DNA of 64,000 bases from a bacterium. Lineage in GTDB: Bacteria > Zixibacteria > MSB-5A5 > GN15 > FEB-12. Positions 47,976 to 59,600 of this stretch are shown in pieces. A program made the translations under genes and the position numbers. The DNA lies in assembly GCA_043811375.1 (NCBI GenBank), contig JBDRNJ010000009.1, positions 49,382 to 113,381 of the forward strand. The letters are read 5' to 3'. Positions within the stretch are counted from its first letter, which is position 1. Every line of letters starts with the position of its first letter. Below the pieces are notes generated by a model. The model saw only the letters and a program-made list of their open reading frames with translations. It was not told the DNA's origin and did not search any database.

Positions 47976-50012
47976 ATGGTTTTGAAGTGGATAGTTTACG
48001 TGTTGCTCGTTGCAGCGGCAGCTCTACCGGTTTGGAGTGCATATAAGAAAAAACCGAGAAGACGCAAGGACCGACGAAATTGGGGCCTGGGTTTTGCAAC
48101 CTATGTAATTCTTCTCGCTGTTGCTTTCATGAGTATCCCATCCGATTGGGAAGAACGATTTGAGAGATACTTCAAGTCGATACTGAGAGAGCAAGTGCAG
48201 CAGGACAAGAAGCTGGATTCCATTATTGTAGAACAAAAGCGTTCAGATGATCAAGTGAAGTCTGGCTTTAAGTCACTGGAAAAATTGATCCAGGAACGAT
48301 CTACTACAGATTTAGAGGATGACAAACTTCGGGATTCACTCAGGACGCTCGCAGAATGGCTTGCTCAGTTTGCTGAGACTGCGATGGATTCTGGCCTGGT
48401 AGCAATCGGCCTCGGAGATTACGACAAAGCAGTCACCCATTTCAACTATGTCATACTGGTTGCACCGGACGATTCTTCCAGGGCTGACGGATACTTATTC
48501 CGGGGGATCGCCTATTCCTCTTGGGGTGACAGCCTCTCAGAAGTTGGCATCCAGGATAGCGCTTTGATCCTTTATAATGTAGCTTTGGCGAACTACGATT
48601 CTGCCCTTGCATATCATGGCTGCGAACCGTGTGTCTGGTGCAACCGGGGGGCGACTCTCAACGCGCTTGGTCAGTATAAAGAAGCCTTGGCAAGCTGCGA
48701 CAGTGCCCTCGTATATAATCGCGACGATCCATGCGTTTGGCTCAACCGGGGGAATGCTCTCGACGACCTTGGTCAACATCAAAAAGCCATTGAAAGCTAC
48801 GATAGCGCCTTGACATACAAACACGACTTTCCTAAGGCTTGGTACAACCGAGGGCTTACGCTCAAGAGGCTTCGTATATATGACTCAGCTTTGGCAAGCT
48901 TTGACAGCGTTCTGGTCTTCACACGAGACCATCACGATACCTGGCTCGAGCGGGGAAACACTCTCCACCATCTTGGCCGGTATGAAGAGGCATTGGCAAG
49001 CACCGATAGCACTCTGGCGTACCGGCCAGATTATGCAGAGGGTTGGTCAAACCGGGGAAGAGATCTCAACGCCCTTGATCGGTATCAGGAAGCCCTGAAA
49101 AGTTGTGACAGCTCCTTGACATTCAAGCGCAGCCTTCGTCAGGCCTGGTACCAAAGGAGTATCGCCCTTACCAACCTTGGGAAGAATAAGGAGGCTTTGG
49201 CATGCTACGACAGCATGCTTGTATACGAGGAAGACAAGTGTTTGGCTTGGGACAAGCGGGGTGACTTTCTTCAATACGTTCTTGGTGAGTATGCAGAAGC
49301 AGTGAGAAGCTATGACAGTGCCTTGGCATACGAGTGTCGCCTTCCTGCGGACCCTTGGTACAGTCGTGGGAATGCCCTCAGCGAACTTGAGAGGTATGAC
49401 GAGGCCTTGGCAAGCTACGACAGCGCCTTGTCATATGATAGTGACTTCCCTCATTACGTTTGGAACAACCGGGGCATCGTCCTTCAGGCCCTTGGTCAGC
49501 TTGAGGAAGCCTTGGCAAACTACGACAGTGCCTTGGCACATTCACACGAAGATCATCTGTTTTGGTGCAACCGGGGCGACGTTCTTAACGAGCTTAAGAG
49601 GTATGACGAGGCCTTAACAAGTTACGACAGCGCCCTGGCATACAAGCATAACGACCCTGATCTTTGGAATAACCGAAGTGATCTCTTTGTCCGCCTGGGT
49701 CGCTACGAGGAGGCATTGGCAAGTTGTGACAGTGCCCTGGCATACAAGCTCGACTATCCTCTTGCTTGGTGCACCCGGGGTGAGGCCCTATTCGGCCTTG
49801 GTCAGTATGAGGAAGCAGTGGCAAGCTACGACACTGCATTAAGGTACGAGCCTTACGATGCATACGATTGGTACCATAGAGCAATAGCGCTCCAGCACCT
49901 TGGTCGGCAGCTGGAGGCTGTGGCAAGCTGTGACAGCGCGTTGAAGTATGACCCAGACTACGTGGAAGCTGTCGAACTTCGGAAGGCTATTTTGGAAAAA
50001 ATGAAAGAATAG
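47976..50012 (+). CDS. Membrane-anchored TPR-array protein
   Basis: Two N-terminal TM segments, a coiled-coil-like linker and about 14 tandem 34-aa W.NRG..L..LG.Y.EALAS.DSAL.Y repeats. Confidence 0.88.
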   Translation: MVLKWIVYVLLVAAAALPVWSAYKKKPRRRKDRRNWGLGFATYVILLAVAFMSIPSDWEERFERYFKSILREQVQQDKKLDSIIVEQKRSDDQVKSGFKSLEKLIQERSTTDLEDDKLRDSLRTLAEWLAQFAETAMDSGLVAIGLGDYDKAVTHFNYVILVAPDDSSRADGYLFRGIAYSSWGDSLSEVGIQDSALILYNVALANYDSALAYHGCEPCVWCNRGATLNALGQYKEALASCDSALVYNRDDPCVWLNRGNALDDLGQHQKAIESYDSALTYKHDFPKAWYNRGLTLKRLRIYDSALASFDSVLVFTRDHHDTWLERGNTLHHLGRYEEALASTDSTLAYRPDYAEGWSNRGRDLNALDRYQEALKSCDSSLTFKRSLRQAWYQRSIALTNLGKNKEALACYDSMLVYEEDKCLAWDKRGDFLQYVLGEYAEAVRSYDSALAYECRLPADPWYSRGNALSELERYDEALASYDSALSYDSDFPHYVWNNRGIVLQALGQLEEALANYDSALAHSHEDHLFWCNRGDVLNELKRYDEALTSYDSALAYKHNDPDLWNNRSDLFVRLGRYEEALASCDSALAYKLDYPLAWCTRGEALFGLGQYEEAVASYDTALRYEPYDAYDWYHRAIALQHLGRQLEAVASCDSALKYDPDYVEAVELRKAILEKMKE

Positions 50013-50071
50013 ACCAAACGGCGCTAATCAGAGGGGAGTACCAAGGCGATCCCAACGGATGTTTCGTGGGC

Positions 50072-50091
50072 GGCAGATGTCCATATCTGCC
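50072..50091. repeat. REP-like palindrome GGCAGAT-N6-ATCTGCC
   Basis: 7-bp stem preceded by GTGG, between convergent genes. Confidence 0.4.
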
Positions 50092-50149
50092 CCATTGTGT
50101 CATTAAGAGGAAAGAAATTACCACCAACACGTAATGGATGGCCGAACCG

Positions 50150-52306
50150 TTACTCCGGTCGCTTCTCGCGCATAGAGAGGGCAATGCGCGAGCGGTCGAG
50201 GTCAACTTCGAGCACCGTTACCGCCACCCTCTGCTGTACCTTTACAACCTCCGCCGGGTCCTTCACGAAACGGTCGGCCAGTTCGCTGATATGCACCAGT
50301 CCGTCCTGGTGCACACCGATATCGACAAACGCCCCAAACGCGGTGACATTGGTGACGATACCGGGCAGCTTCATACCGACCTTGACGTCTTCGATCTTCT
50401 GCACCGAATCATCGAAACGGAAGGCCACATACCCCCGGCGCGGATCACGTCCCGGGCGTGACAGTTCCTCCATGATGTCCTGCAAAGTCGGCAGACCAAC
50501 GCGGTCGGAAACATAATCGCCCAGGACGATTCTGCTGCGCAGCGATTCCTGCTGAACCAGGTCATCAACAGTGCAGTCCAGCCTGGCCGCCATGCGATTG
50601 ACAACCGGGTAACTTTCCGGATGAACGGCGCTGCGATCCAGCGGGTTGGCGGCATCGTGGATGCGAAGGAACCCCGCCGCCTGCTCAAACGCTTTGGGAC
50701 CCAGCCGTGGCACTTCCATCAGTTCCTCGCGGAACGCAAACGGCCCGTGCTCCTCCCGGTACTCGACAATGCGATGCGCCAGGTGCGGTCCCAGGCCGGA
50801 AACATAGGTCAGCAGTTGCCGACTGGACGTATTCAACTCCACACCGACGGCGTTGACACAACTCATCACGGTGTCGTCCAGCCCCTGCTTCAGCGCCGCC
50901 TGGTCGACGTCGTGCTGGTACTGCCCGACGCCGATCGCCTTGGGATCGATCTTGACCAGTTCCGCCAGGGGATCCATCTGACGACGGCCGATCGACACCG
51001 CCCCGCGCACGGTAATATCGTGATCGGGGAATTCCTCGCGCGCGACATCCGATGCCGAGTACACCGACGCTCCGGATTCGCTGACCATCTCAATCGACAC
51101 TTCCGAGGGCAAATCAAGACCGCGCACAAATGTCTCCGTTTCCCTCCCGGCGGTGCCGTTGCCGATCGCTACCACGTCGATGGCGTACTTCCGGCATAGT
51201 TGTTCGATTTCCGTAGCCGCCTGCTGCTTCTGTGCGTCCGACCCGTGCGGAAATATATTCGTGTTGTGCAGCAGCTTCCCCCACTTATCGAGACAAACCA
51301 CTTTGCAGCCGGTGCGAAAACCGGGGTCGATAGCCAGAACGTTTTTCTGTCCCAACGGCGGTGCCATCAACAATTCACGCAAATTCTCAGAGAATACGCG
51401 GATAGCCTCCTGATCCGAGCGCTGCTTGAGCTCGGCGCGAATTTCCGTTTCCATAGCGGGGGCCAGCAGACGCTTGTATCCATCGTGCACGGCCAGTTGC
51501 ACCTGCTCGGAAGCAGCGTTATCGGCCATCACAAAGACACCTTCCAGTATTGCCAGCGCTTCTTCTTCCGGCGGGGCAATAGACAATCTGACGACCGATT
51601 CGGATTCACCGCGCAGCATCGCCAGAAACCGATGCGACGGTACATCGGCGACAGCTTCCTGCCAGTCAAAATAATCTTTGAACCGGGCGCCCTCCGTTTC
51701 CTTTCCGGAAACAACTTTCGACCTGATAGTACCGCTCTCAAAGAATAGTTGACGCAGACGCGCTCGAATCCGGACGTCCTCACTGACCCATTCGGCAACG
51801 ATGTCGCGCGCCCCGGCCAGAGCATCATCAACCGAGGCTACATCCTTCTCGGCATCGACAAATGCTTCTGCCTCGTGCAGCGGGTCAATATCGTTCTGTT
51901 CAAACAGCATCTCCGCCAGCGGTTCCAGGCCGCGTTCTCTGGCGATAGTTGCACGCGTCCGGCGCTTGGGACGAAACGGCAGGTAGATATCTTCGAGCAC
52001 CGCCATCGATTCGGCGGCGTCAAGTTGCTGCTTCAGTTCGTCAGTAAGCAGATCACGCTCTGTCAGAGATTTGAGGATCGCTTCCCGCCGTTTGTCCAGC
52101 TCGCGTAACTGTATGATGCGATCTCGAATGGTTGTTATGTTGACTTCGTCGAGGCTGCCGGTCGCCTCTTTGCGATAGCGGGCAATAAACGGCACCGTGG
52201 CGTCATCATCCAGGAGAGCCACCGTGGCCGTCACCTGGTTCGGCTTCAGCACCAGTTCCCGCGCGATCTGTGATGTGTGGACGTTGTTCATTTTGTCCTT
52301 AGTCAT
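50150..52306 (-). CDS. tex: Tex (S1-domain transcription accessory protein)
   Basis: TVPFIARYRKEATG, IDPGFRTGCK, GASVYSAS, IGVGQYQHD and C-terminal S1 GAFVDIGVHQDGLVHIS. Confidence 0.96.
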   Translation of the reverse strand: MTKDKMNNVHTSQIARELVLKPNQVTATVALLDDDATVPFIARYRKEATGSLDEVNITTIRDRIIQLRELDKRREAILKSLTERDLLTDELKQQLDAAESMAVLEDIYLPFRPKRRTRATIARERGLEPLAEMLFEQNDIDPLHEAEAFVDAEKDVASVDDALAGARDIVAEWVSEDVRIRARLRQLFFESGTIRSKVVSGKETEGARFKDYFDWQEAVADVPSHRFLAMLRGESESVVRLSIAPPEEEALAILEGVFVMADNAASEQVQLAVHDGYKRLLAPAMETEIRAELKQRSDQEAIRVFSENLRELLMAPPLGQKNVLAIDPGFRTGCKVVCLDKWGKLLHNTNIFPHGSDAQKQQAATEIEQLCRKYAIDVVAIGNGTAGRETETFVRGLDLPSEVSIEMVSESGASVYSASDVAREEFPDHDITVRGAVSIGRRQMDPLAELVKIDPKAIGVGQYQHDVDQAALKQGLDDTVMSCVNAVGVELNTSSRQLLTYVSGLGPHLAHRIVEYREEHGPFAFREELMEVPRLGPKAFEQAAGFLRIHDAANPLDRSAVHPESYPVVNRMAARLDCTVDDLVQQESLRSRIVLGDYVSDRVGLPTLQDIMEELSRPGRDPRRGYVAFRFDDSVQKIEDVKVGMKLPGIVTNVTAFGAFVDIGVHQDGLVHISELADRFVKDPAEVVKVQQRVAVTVLEVDLDRSRIALSMREKRPE

Positions 52307-52365
52307 CGAGTGATGTCAATCATTTAATATACAACAATCCAGCGGAGAATCAAGACCTGTAGTTA

Positions 52366-53460
52366 CTATGGTGTTGCCTCGATAATACCGCCGCCGAGAA
52401 CTCTTTCGCCATCGTAGAAAACCACCGACTGGCCGGGTGTGATCGCCCGTTGCTTCTCATTGAAAACTACCCGCACGCAGGTATCCGACAGACAGGTCAC
52501 CGTGGCCGGTGCGGCCGGGTGCCGGTAACGAATCTTGACATCGGCTGCAAACGGCCGGTCGCACGCTTCCAACGCCATCCAGTTGATGTTCTCTGCAATC
52601 AGTTCTGATCGGAACAGGGCGTCGTTGTCTCCCACGATCACCCGGTTGTTTTCTACATCCAGTCGCTGCACGTACAGCGGTGTCGGGTGGGCCACACCCA
52701 GGCCGCGCCGCTGGCCGATAGTGAAACCGGTGGTGCCATCATGCCTGCCGACTACGGTGCCGTCAGCCAGCACAATATCACCCTGCTCAAAACGGCGACC
52801 CCTCTTTTCTTCCCATTCACGCACAAATCGCCGGTAATCATCGTCGGCCACAAAACATATCTCGCGCGATTCCTTCTTGTCGGCTGTGCGCAGGTTATAC
52901 TTATTTGCAATCCGGCGCACTTCCGTTTTGTGCAAATCGCCCAGCGGCATCAGGGTCATGGCCAGGGCATCCTGCGACAGGCCCCACAGGACGTACGACT
53001 GATCCCGGGTGGCGTCGGCTCCTCGACGAACATACCAGCGTCCGTTGTCTCCCTGCCCCACCGAGGCGTAGTGACCGGTAGCGATGTGGTCACAACCGAC
53101 GGCGCGTGCCTTATCCAGAAAAGCTGCCCACTTTATCTCGGTATTACAGCGCACGCAGGGATTGGGAGTGCGGCCGAGGCGGTATTCCGACACGAAGTCC
53201 TCAATAACCTGCTCCCGAAACGGTGCCGACATGTTCAGCACGTAGAATGGCGCCGCCATATCGTGACAGATTTGCCGGCAGTCATTGACGGCATCAAGAC
53301 TACAGCAACGACCGTCCCGGTAAAGATCACCACCGACGTCGACATAGTCCCACAGCTTCATATGGGCGCCGACAACATCGTATCCCTGTTCCTTAAGCAG
53401 CCGGGCCGCTACCGACGAATCGACGCCGCCTGACAACGCTACCAAAACTCTATCCGCCAT
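52366..53460 (-). CDS. mnmA: tRNA 2-thiouridine synthase
   Basis: SGGVDSS, TPNPCVRCN, ATGHY, DQSY, TIGQRRG and ITPGQS. Confidence 0.96.
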   Translation of the reverse strand: MADRVLVALSGGVDSSVAARLLKEQGYDVVGAHMKLWDYVDVGGDLYRDGRCCSLDAVNDCRQICHDMAAPFYVLNMSAPFREQVIEDFVSEYRLGRTPNPCVRCNTEIKWAAFLDKARAVGCDHIATGHYASVGQGDNGRWYVRRGADATRDQSYVLWGLSQDALAMTLMPLGDLHKTEVRRIANKYNLRTADKKESREICFVADDDYRRFVREWEEKRGRRFEQGDIVLADGTVVGRHDGTTGFTIGQRRGLGVAHPTPLYVQRLDVENNRVIVGDNDALFRSELIAENINWMALEACDRPFAADVKIRYRHPAAPATVTCLSDTCVRVVFNEKQRAITPGQSVVFYDGERVLGGGIIEATP

Positions 53461-53491
53461 AAATGACTCCCGGGCGTCGATTACCTCACGA

Positions 53492-54658
53492 TTAGTCCTG
53501 AGGATAGGTTGGCGACATGGCGCGCAGTCGCTCGATAACCGGCGGCAGTTTCTTAAGCACGTAGTCCAACTGTTCTCTGGTCGTGGAACGTCCCAGCGAG
53601 AAGCGGATAGAACCCTGGGCCAGTTCGGCCGGAATACCCATAGCCGTCAACACGCGCGACGGCTCGGTCGCACCCGATGTGCACGCGGAACCGGAGGAAA
53701 CGGCAATATGTTCCAAATCGAGCGCCAGCACCACTGACTCCCCCTCGACCCCCATAAACGAAAGGTTCACGGTCGGTGGCACGCGGTTGGTGCGGGGTCC
53801 GTTGAGACTGACATCAGAAATTTTCTGTAAAACGGCATCAATGAAGTAATCAGCTAACTGGCTCATTTGCCGGAAGTCCCGGTCGAGCCGATCACGGGCT
53901 ATTTCAAGCGCTTTAGCCAATCCCACAGCACCAGCCACATTCTCAGTACCCGGACGGCGTTTTTTCTCGTGTGACCCACCGTATAATAGGGGGGCAATCT
54001 TGACCCCCTGTCGAATAAATAACGCCCCGCTACCTTTGGGTCCGTATATCTTGTGTCCGGTCAACGACAGCAGGTCTACTCCCATTTCTTGAACATCGAC
54101 CTTAATCTTGCCCACGGCCTGAACGGCATCAGTATGAAACAACGCGCCCTGTTCACGGGAAATCTCGGTCAGGGCAGCAATGTCTTGTATGGCACCTGTT
54201 TCGTTATTGGCCTGCATAATCGAAACCAACGCCGTCCTTTCCGACACCAGCGCCTGAAGGCGGCCGGGCACGACGAATCCTTCCCGGTCAACCGGCAGGA
54301 AGTCCACGGCGAAACCATCGTGCTGATGCAGGTGTTCGGCCGGTTCCAAAACCGCATGATGCTCGGTCGTCCCGACCACCAGGTGATCCCGGCGACCGCG
54401 CATCTGATAGGCGGCACCCAAAACGGCCAGGTTGTCGGATTCAGTACCTCCGGAAGTAAAGTAGAGCTCCGCCGGTTGGCAGTTTATGAATGCCGCGATT
54501 TGTTCGCGGGCGTTTTCCAGTGCCACCCTGGCATCACGTCCGAATTGATGAACCGAACTGGCGTTTCCAAACTTTGCGCTCAAATAGGGTAGCATAGTCT
54601 CCATCACGGCCGGATCAACCGGCGTGGTGGCATTGTGATCAAGGTAAATAGGCTCCAT
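53492..54658 (-). CDS. iscS: Cysteine desulfurase IscS/NifS
   Basis: YLDHNATT, FTSGGTESDN, GHKIYGPKG and SSGSACTS. Confidence 0.95.
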   Translation of the reverse strand: MEPIYLDHNATTPVDPAVMETMLPYLSAKFGNASSVHQFGRDARVALENAREQIAAFINCQPAELYFTSGGTESDNLAVLGAAYQMRGRRDHLVVGTTEHHAVLEPAEHLHQHDGFAVDFLPVDREGFVVPGRLQALVSERTALVSIMQANNETGAIQDIAALTEISREQGALFHTDAVQAVGKIKVDVQEMGVDLLSLTGHKIYGPKGSGALFIRQGVKIAPLLYGGSHEKKRRPGTENVAGAVGLAKALEIARDRLDRDFRQMSQLADYFIDAVLQKISDVSLNGPRTNRVPPTVNLSFMGVEGESVVLALDLEHIAVSSGSACTSGATEPSRVLTAMGIPAELAQGSIRFSLGRSTTREQLDYVLKKLPPVIERLRAMSPTYPQD

Positions 54659-54738
54659 CTAACATCTCCTGGTCAAAGCATCATTCATCGCGCGTGGGAA
54701 CGTGAAGTGGCTTGCTCCTTTCGCTGACGGTCAATCCG

Positions 54739-56679
54739 TCAGAAGGCATACAATATAGTGAAGTGCCAGCGATCGTCAAAATCGATTCTTTTGGTCTTTA
54801 TCCGTCGGGCGTAGTCCACCCTGATCGGTCCCGCCGGCGATACAATCTGTATCCCGGTTCCGTAACTGACAGCCATAGCATCAACTCTGAGATCAGCGGT
54901 ATGAGCGAACCCGTTACCGACATCGAGGAATACCGTCTGCCACAGCGGCAGGGTTCTAAACAGACTGTTTAGAACGGGAATAACGCTCATCACTTGCAGT
55001 GTCCGCCAGCGAAACTCCTGGTTCAGAACTACCGTAATATCCGCCCCGCGCGGGTTGCCGTCTTCCCAGGCCGGTCCCAGCGAGTTCTCCCTGAATCCTC
55101 GCACGGTGTTGGCTCCGCCCAGATAGAAGCGGTCATCGACCGGAACCTCTATTGAGGTACCGAATTCCTCCGCCACCCCCACCCGAAAACGAGTAGCCGA
55201 TATCCAACCGGGCCACATCACCTGGTAACTTGACCAGCCGGCCTGCCATTTATAAAAATACTCGTCACCGCCTAAAAAGCCACCGTAGTATTCCAGGGTG
55301 ATGTCGGTCAGTGAACCTCGCCGGGGAATGAAAATGTTATCCCGGCTGTCACGCCGAAAAGTCAGGTACAACTTGCGGCGAACCGAGATATCCCTTTCTT
55401 CTTTCTTAAGTTCGACCAGATCGTCAGGAACGCCAAAGATATTGACCTCTTCATACTCCAGCCCCAGACCGCTTCTGATTTCATGGCCGAAGTTCCTGAA
55501 TGTGGATACGGATACCGACCAGGTCTGTATCCGGTAGTCCTGTACCGGATCCTTGACACCCGGCTCATATCTGCCGGTTAATGAGAGCGGCATTCTGATG
55601 CCCAGCAGCCATGGTTCGGTGAACCTGATGCGGTAGTTGTGCCCCAATAACCGGGTGTCGTGCCCAACACCGAATGACAGTTGAGCTCGAAGATCGTATA
55701 GACGGGTACCCAGGAAGTTTCGTTTGCCGAAACCGGTCGAGAAATCCCAGGTAAGATCGCGCACCTCCGATTGGCCGACGCCGGTCTTGACCGTCAGATA
55801 GGTTGGCTTTCGCTCCCGCACCCGCAGTACGAAGTCCGGCCGGAGACGATCCGCGAGTGTGTCGGCACGAGCAAGATGGAAGGTGCTGAAGTAACCGGAT
55901 TCTATCAGTCGTCTCTGAGATTCGATGATGTCGTTGCGCCGATATATGGCCCCCGGTCGGATTTTCAACTCCCGTCGGGCTACTTTCTCCGGATAGCGCT
56001 GCGTTCCTTCAACTCGTACGTCACCAAACCGCACCAGGGAATCGGAAACAACGGAGATCGTGATGTCGGCGCTCGGCTCAATATGGCTGGTATCCAGATT
56101 GAAAGTGACCATCGCATAGGGGTAACCTTCGTTAGCCAGGACCGTTTTGATGTCAAACACCGCCGTATGCAGGTTGAAGATATTGACCGGTTTCCCTGTT
56201 TTCTGCCGACCGGCTATCTTGCTGAAATCCCCCTCCAGCTGGTGGTTGAATGATCCGGTGACTCCTATGTTACCGTAAAAAAACTGTCGGCCTTCATCGA
56301 TTTGCAGGCGAATGAGTGCCGAAGAATCAGGGGCCAGTATTTCAGCATCTTCCAGTAACGTCACGCCCAGGAATCCTTTGGTCAGATAGAGGTATTTCAC
56401 CTCCAGAGTATCACGTTCGAAAGTCTCCCTCTGTATACGCGTACGGCGATCACCCTTGAGCCACCTCCAGAAGGAATGCGGCCGGGAATACATTTGCTTG
56501 CGTATCTCGGAAGTCTTAAAATAGGAGTTACCGGTGACAGTGATGGAATCAATCGTCGGTTTGGAGCGCATCCATCGCAGGGTGGTGCGATCCATCCCCT
56601 CAGAAGAGGGGGGCATCCAGACTGTCAGCAGCCATATTGCCGCCAATGCCATCAGGAACCGGCGCATCAGAATTCCCAA
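54739..56679 (-). CDS. Omp85-family outer-membrane protein (TamA/BamA-like)
   Basis: Signal peptide, POTRA-like repeats, FYLGGANTVRGF, GPIRVDYA and C-terminal Phe; follows a TamB-like gene. Confidence 0.88.
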   Translation of the reverse strand: MGILMRRFLMALAAIWLLTVWMPPSSEGMDRTTLRWMRSKPTIDSITVTGNSYFKTSEIRKQMYSRPHSFWRWLKGDRRTRIQRETFERDTLEVKYLYLTKGFLGVTLLEDAEILAPDSSALIRLQIDEGRQFFYGNIGVTGSFNHQLEGDFSKIAGRQKTGKPVNIFNLHTAVFDIKTVLANEGYPYAMVTFNLDTSHIEPSADITISVVSDSLVRFGDVRVEGTQRYPEKVARRELKIRPGAIYRRNDIIESQRRLIESGYFSTFHLARADTLADRLRPDFVLRVRERKPTYLTVKTGVGQSEVRDLTWDFSTGFGKRNFLGTRLYDLRAQLSFGVGHDTRLLGHNYRIRFTEPWLLGIRMPLSLTGRYEPGVKDPVQDYRIQTWSVSVSTFRNFGHEIRSGLGLEYEEVNIFGVPDDLVELKKEERDISVRRKLYLTFRRDSRDNIFIPRRGSLTDITLEYYGGFLGGDEYFYKWQAGWSSYQVMWPGWISATRFRVGVAEEFGTSIEVPVDDRFYLGGANTVRGFRENSLGPAWEDGNPRGADITVVLNQEFRWRTLQVMSVIPVLNSLFRTLPLWQTVFLDVGNGFAHTADLRVDAMAVSYGTGIQIVSPAGPIRVDYARRIKTKRIDFDDRWHFTILYAF

Positions 56680-59600
56680 TGGAGCTTGAGGGCCATATGG
56701 TACAACTCTTCCTCGTCGCGCCTCCCCTCCAGCAGGAAGGCCTTGTTGAAACGATACTCAAAACCAACTTCCTGCCGTGTCTGTCCCGAAATGGTCGAGC
56801 GGCCGTAAACATAGAGGTTGGGAGCGGTATAGAAGCCTACCGTCACCCTGGCTTTCAGGGGATCGTAATCTCCGCCGTAAACCGGGTCGATTTCAAACGT
56901 CTCCACCCCCAGTTGTCCCAGGCGCCGAGCCCCTATACGAGACACCTGCGAAGAGACCAGCCCCGACAGCCGCTGTTCAATCTGGCCTGATGTAGACACC
57001 GAATCAGAACTATAGTAGTTGGCTATAATCAAAGGCAGAATATCCTCCCGATTGAAATTGGATCCTTCGACCGGGTTGATCTCGGGTATTTCCAGGGTTC
57101 CGGTGATGCGGATGCCCAATTCCAGCGGCTCCATCGTTTGAAGTTCATCGTCACTGAATTGCCTGTACCCGGCGATACGGGTATAGCCGGTGATATCCAG
57201 CCGCGGATTGACTGTCGGATTACCCTCGAATATCACCAGGCCACCCGGTTCCAATTGAAAGGTCTTGTCAAAGAGAAAACCACGGCCGCGGAGTATTTCC
57301 ATTTCGCCCATGAAACGGTAGATGCCACCCTCCCTTATCAGGTTTACATGGCCGGAGAACTCCGCATCGATATCATCATTCTTGACCCAGTAGTTGGAGG
57401 GAATCTCGATATTGAGGTTCAGGTCCCAGGTATTTTCACCGGAAAGGGCGCGCATAACCGGAGAACCTTCCTTTTCGTCGGCAAAATTGACCAGATACTT
57501 CATGTCCACTATGGTCAGGTTCCCGGTCACCAGTGGCGGAGTGTCACCTTCTACGTGCACTTCTCCCTCCACCACTCCGTTAATGTCATCCAGTTCATAC
57601 TGAAACGGAAACTCCCGGGGCATGGAGATATTCAGATTGTAATAGAGACTGTCCAGCGATCGGACCATGACCTCACCCCTGATATATGCTTTCCCCTTTT
57701 CTCCATCACTATCCCTGTCAGCCGCCCGGACTGTGATTCGGTCAATGACTATCCGGTTGTCCGTCAGGGTGGCCCCCGCCGAGTCAGCCCAGAGGGGTTG
57801 CTCCAGGTCAAAATACTTCAAACGGGCCCGGCGAATGAAGGCTTCGCCTTCAAGGTGCGGGGCGTGGGGCGTGCCCGACAAAGTGAAATCGGCGAAGAAC
57901 TCACCGTCCAACTGCTCCACCGAGGGCATCACCAGGCTGACCAGATCAAAGCGGTGATCGCGAGCTGTGATATCAATGTTTATCGGTAACTCCGGAAAAC
58001 GATCCAAAGGATCGGAAGTAAAGGCCAGGTTGGCGTGAAAGGAACCGACCGCACGGTAGTCTGCCGTGGGGGAACGTACCAGCAGACTGTCAAGCGTCAG
58101 CAATTGATGTCTGTATTTCATGCCGGTAACCATAGTACCTAGGTACAGATCCCGGTAAGTCAGGGAGTCAACTGATCCCTGTAACTCAAACTGCGGCTGC
58201 CGGAAGTTGCCGTCGATCTGCGCCCGACAAGAAAGAGCACCATTCACTTCGAAGGTCGTATCAAACAGATTGATCCAGGGTGCCACGGGAACATGGTCCA
58301 CCAGCAGTTCAACATCCATCGTTTCATCGTAGCCAATCCAGCCGGTCAGCGACAGGCCGGCTGATCCGGCCCCGATTGAGGCCTGCCGGAAGTCAAAGCC
58401 GGCCGAATCAATCTCGAATTCGATTATAGATTGATTGAAGAAAGACTGGTCGAACAATATCAACGTCAGCGTATCCAGACGCATACGCATCGGCTCCACC
58501 CCGTAATCGAACAACCCGCCTCCATGAAGCCGCGAATACTCGTTGGCCATGCAAAAGGTGTCAATGTGCACAAGATGGGAGTCCGTCACCAGTATAGTGT
58601 GCGCAGTATCATACGGCAGGTCCCAGGCGGTGCCGTCGGCGCTCACCACCTCTACCGTACCTCTCCGGCCGGTAAGAAATCTCTCCAGTTTCACCGAGGC
58701 GGCCAGATCGCTGCTGTAGAAACCATAGAGCCAGACCGAGTCGGACACAAACATGCCGCGCAGGTTCGGGTCAACCGTCCTGCCTGAAATCGTTCCGTCC
58801 GCATGACCCCGTCCCCCGGGCTGGTCTAAAAACAGCTTCCCACGGTAGCGATCGAGATTGCCCAAGTCTGCGTCGACGGTCAGATCAATATCGTTGGAGT
58901 AGTCAATGCGACCGGATACATGGAAAACGTTTTCGAAATACTCCACTCGGAACGAATCGGCAAAGCATATCGAGTCGGTCGTTATGGTCAGATCACCGGC
59001 AGCCTGGTGCAGCGGGTATTCATCAAAAGAGGAATTATGCAGACTGGTGGCAATCTCCAGCAACATGTCACGGCTGCGAAACGATGAACCGGTTAGAGCT
59101 ATTCGGCCGGTCAGGTCTGACCGGAATGTACCCGCCACCAGTTGCTCCAGGTTGAAGTTAATGATCTCGGCGTCAAGCTGGTATCGCTCGGGTTTAGCGG
59201 CAAGGTCGATCCGGCCACTGCCGTCTATGACACAGTTTTCAAGAATGGTTCCGTACAATGTGTCCAGCACCAACAGCCGGTCAGCATAACGAAATCGGGT
59301 CGACAGGTTTTCGAAACCGATGAACATGAAATCCCCGGCTATATCGACGGACCCCTCAATACCTCCCTGAGCCAGAGAGACATAGCCGTTGACATCAACC
59401 AGACCCGTCAGTTTCGCTCCCAGCCAGGAGCTGATTTCACTCAAATCTACCTGGTCCAACTCCAGTTCCATACGACCGGCAGGCGGTTCGGTCAATTCCA
59501 AATGGCCATCCAGCTTGACACGGCCTCTGCCTCTTATGGCGGCCACGTCGGAGACAACCAACCGGCGCGAAGAGTAAGTCAGTTTACCGGTCATGCCGTC

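Noticed and set aside
48500..49960. TPR repeats as a diversity-generating retroelement target or CRISPR-like array
   Set aside because: The repeats are in-frame coding units; no reverse transcriptase, template repeat or adenine-specific variation was seen.
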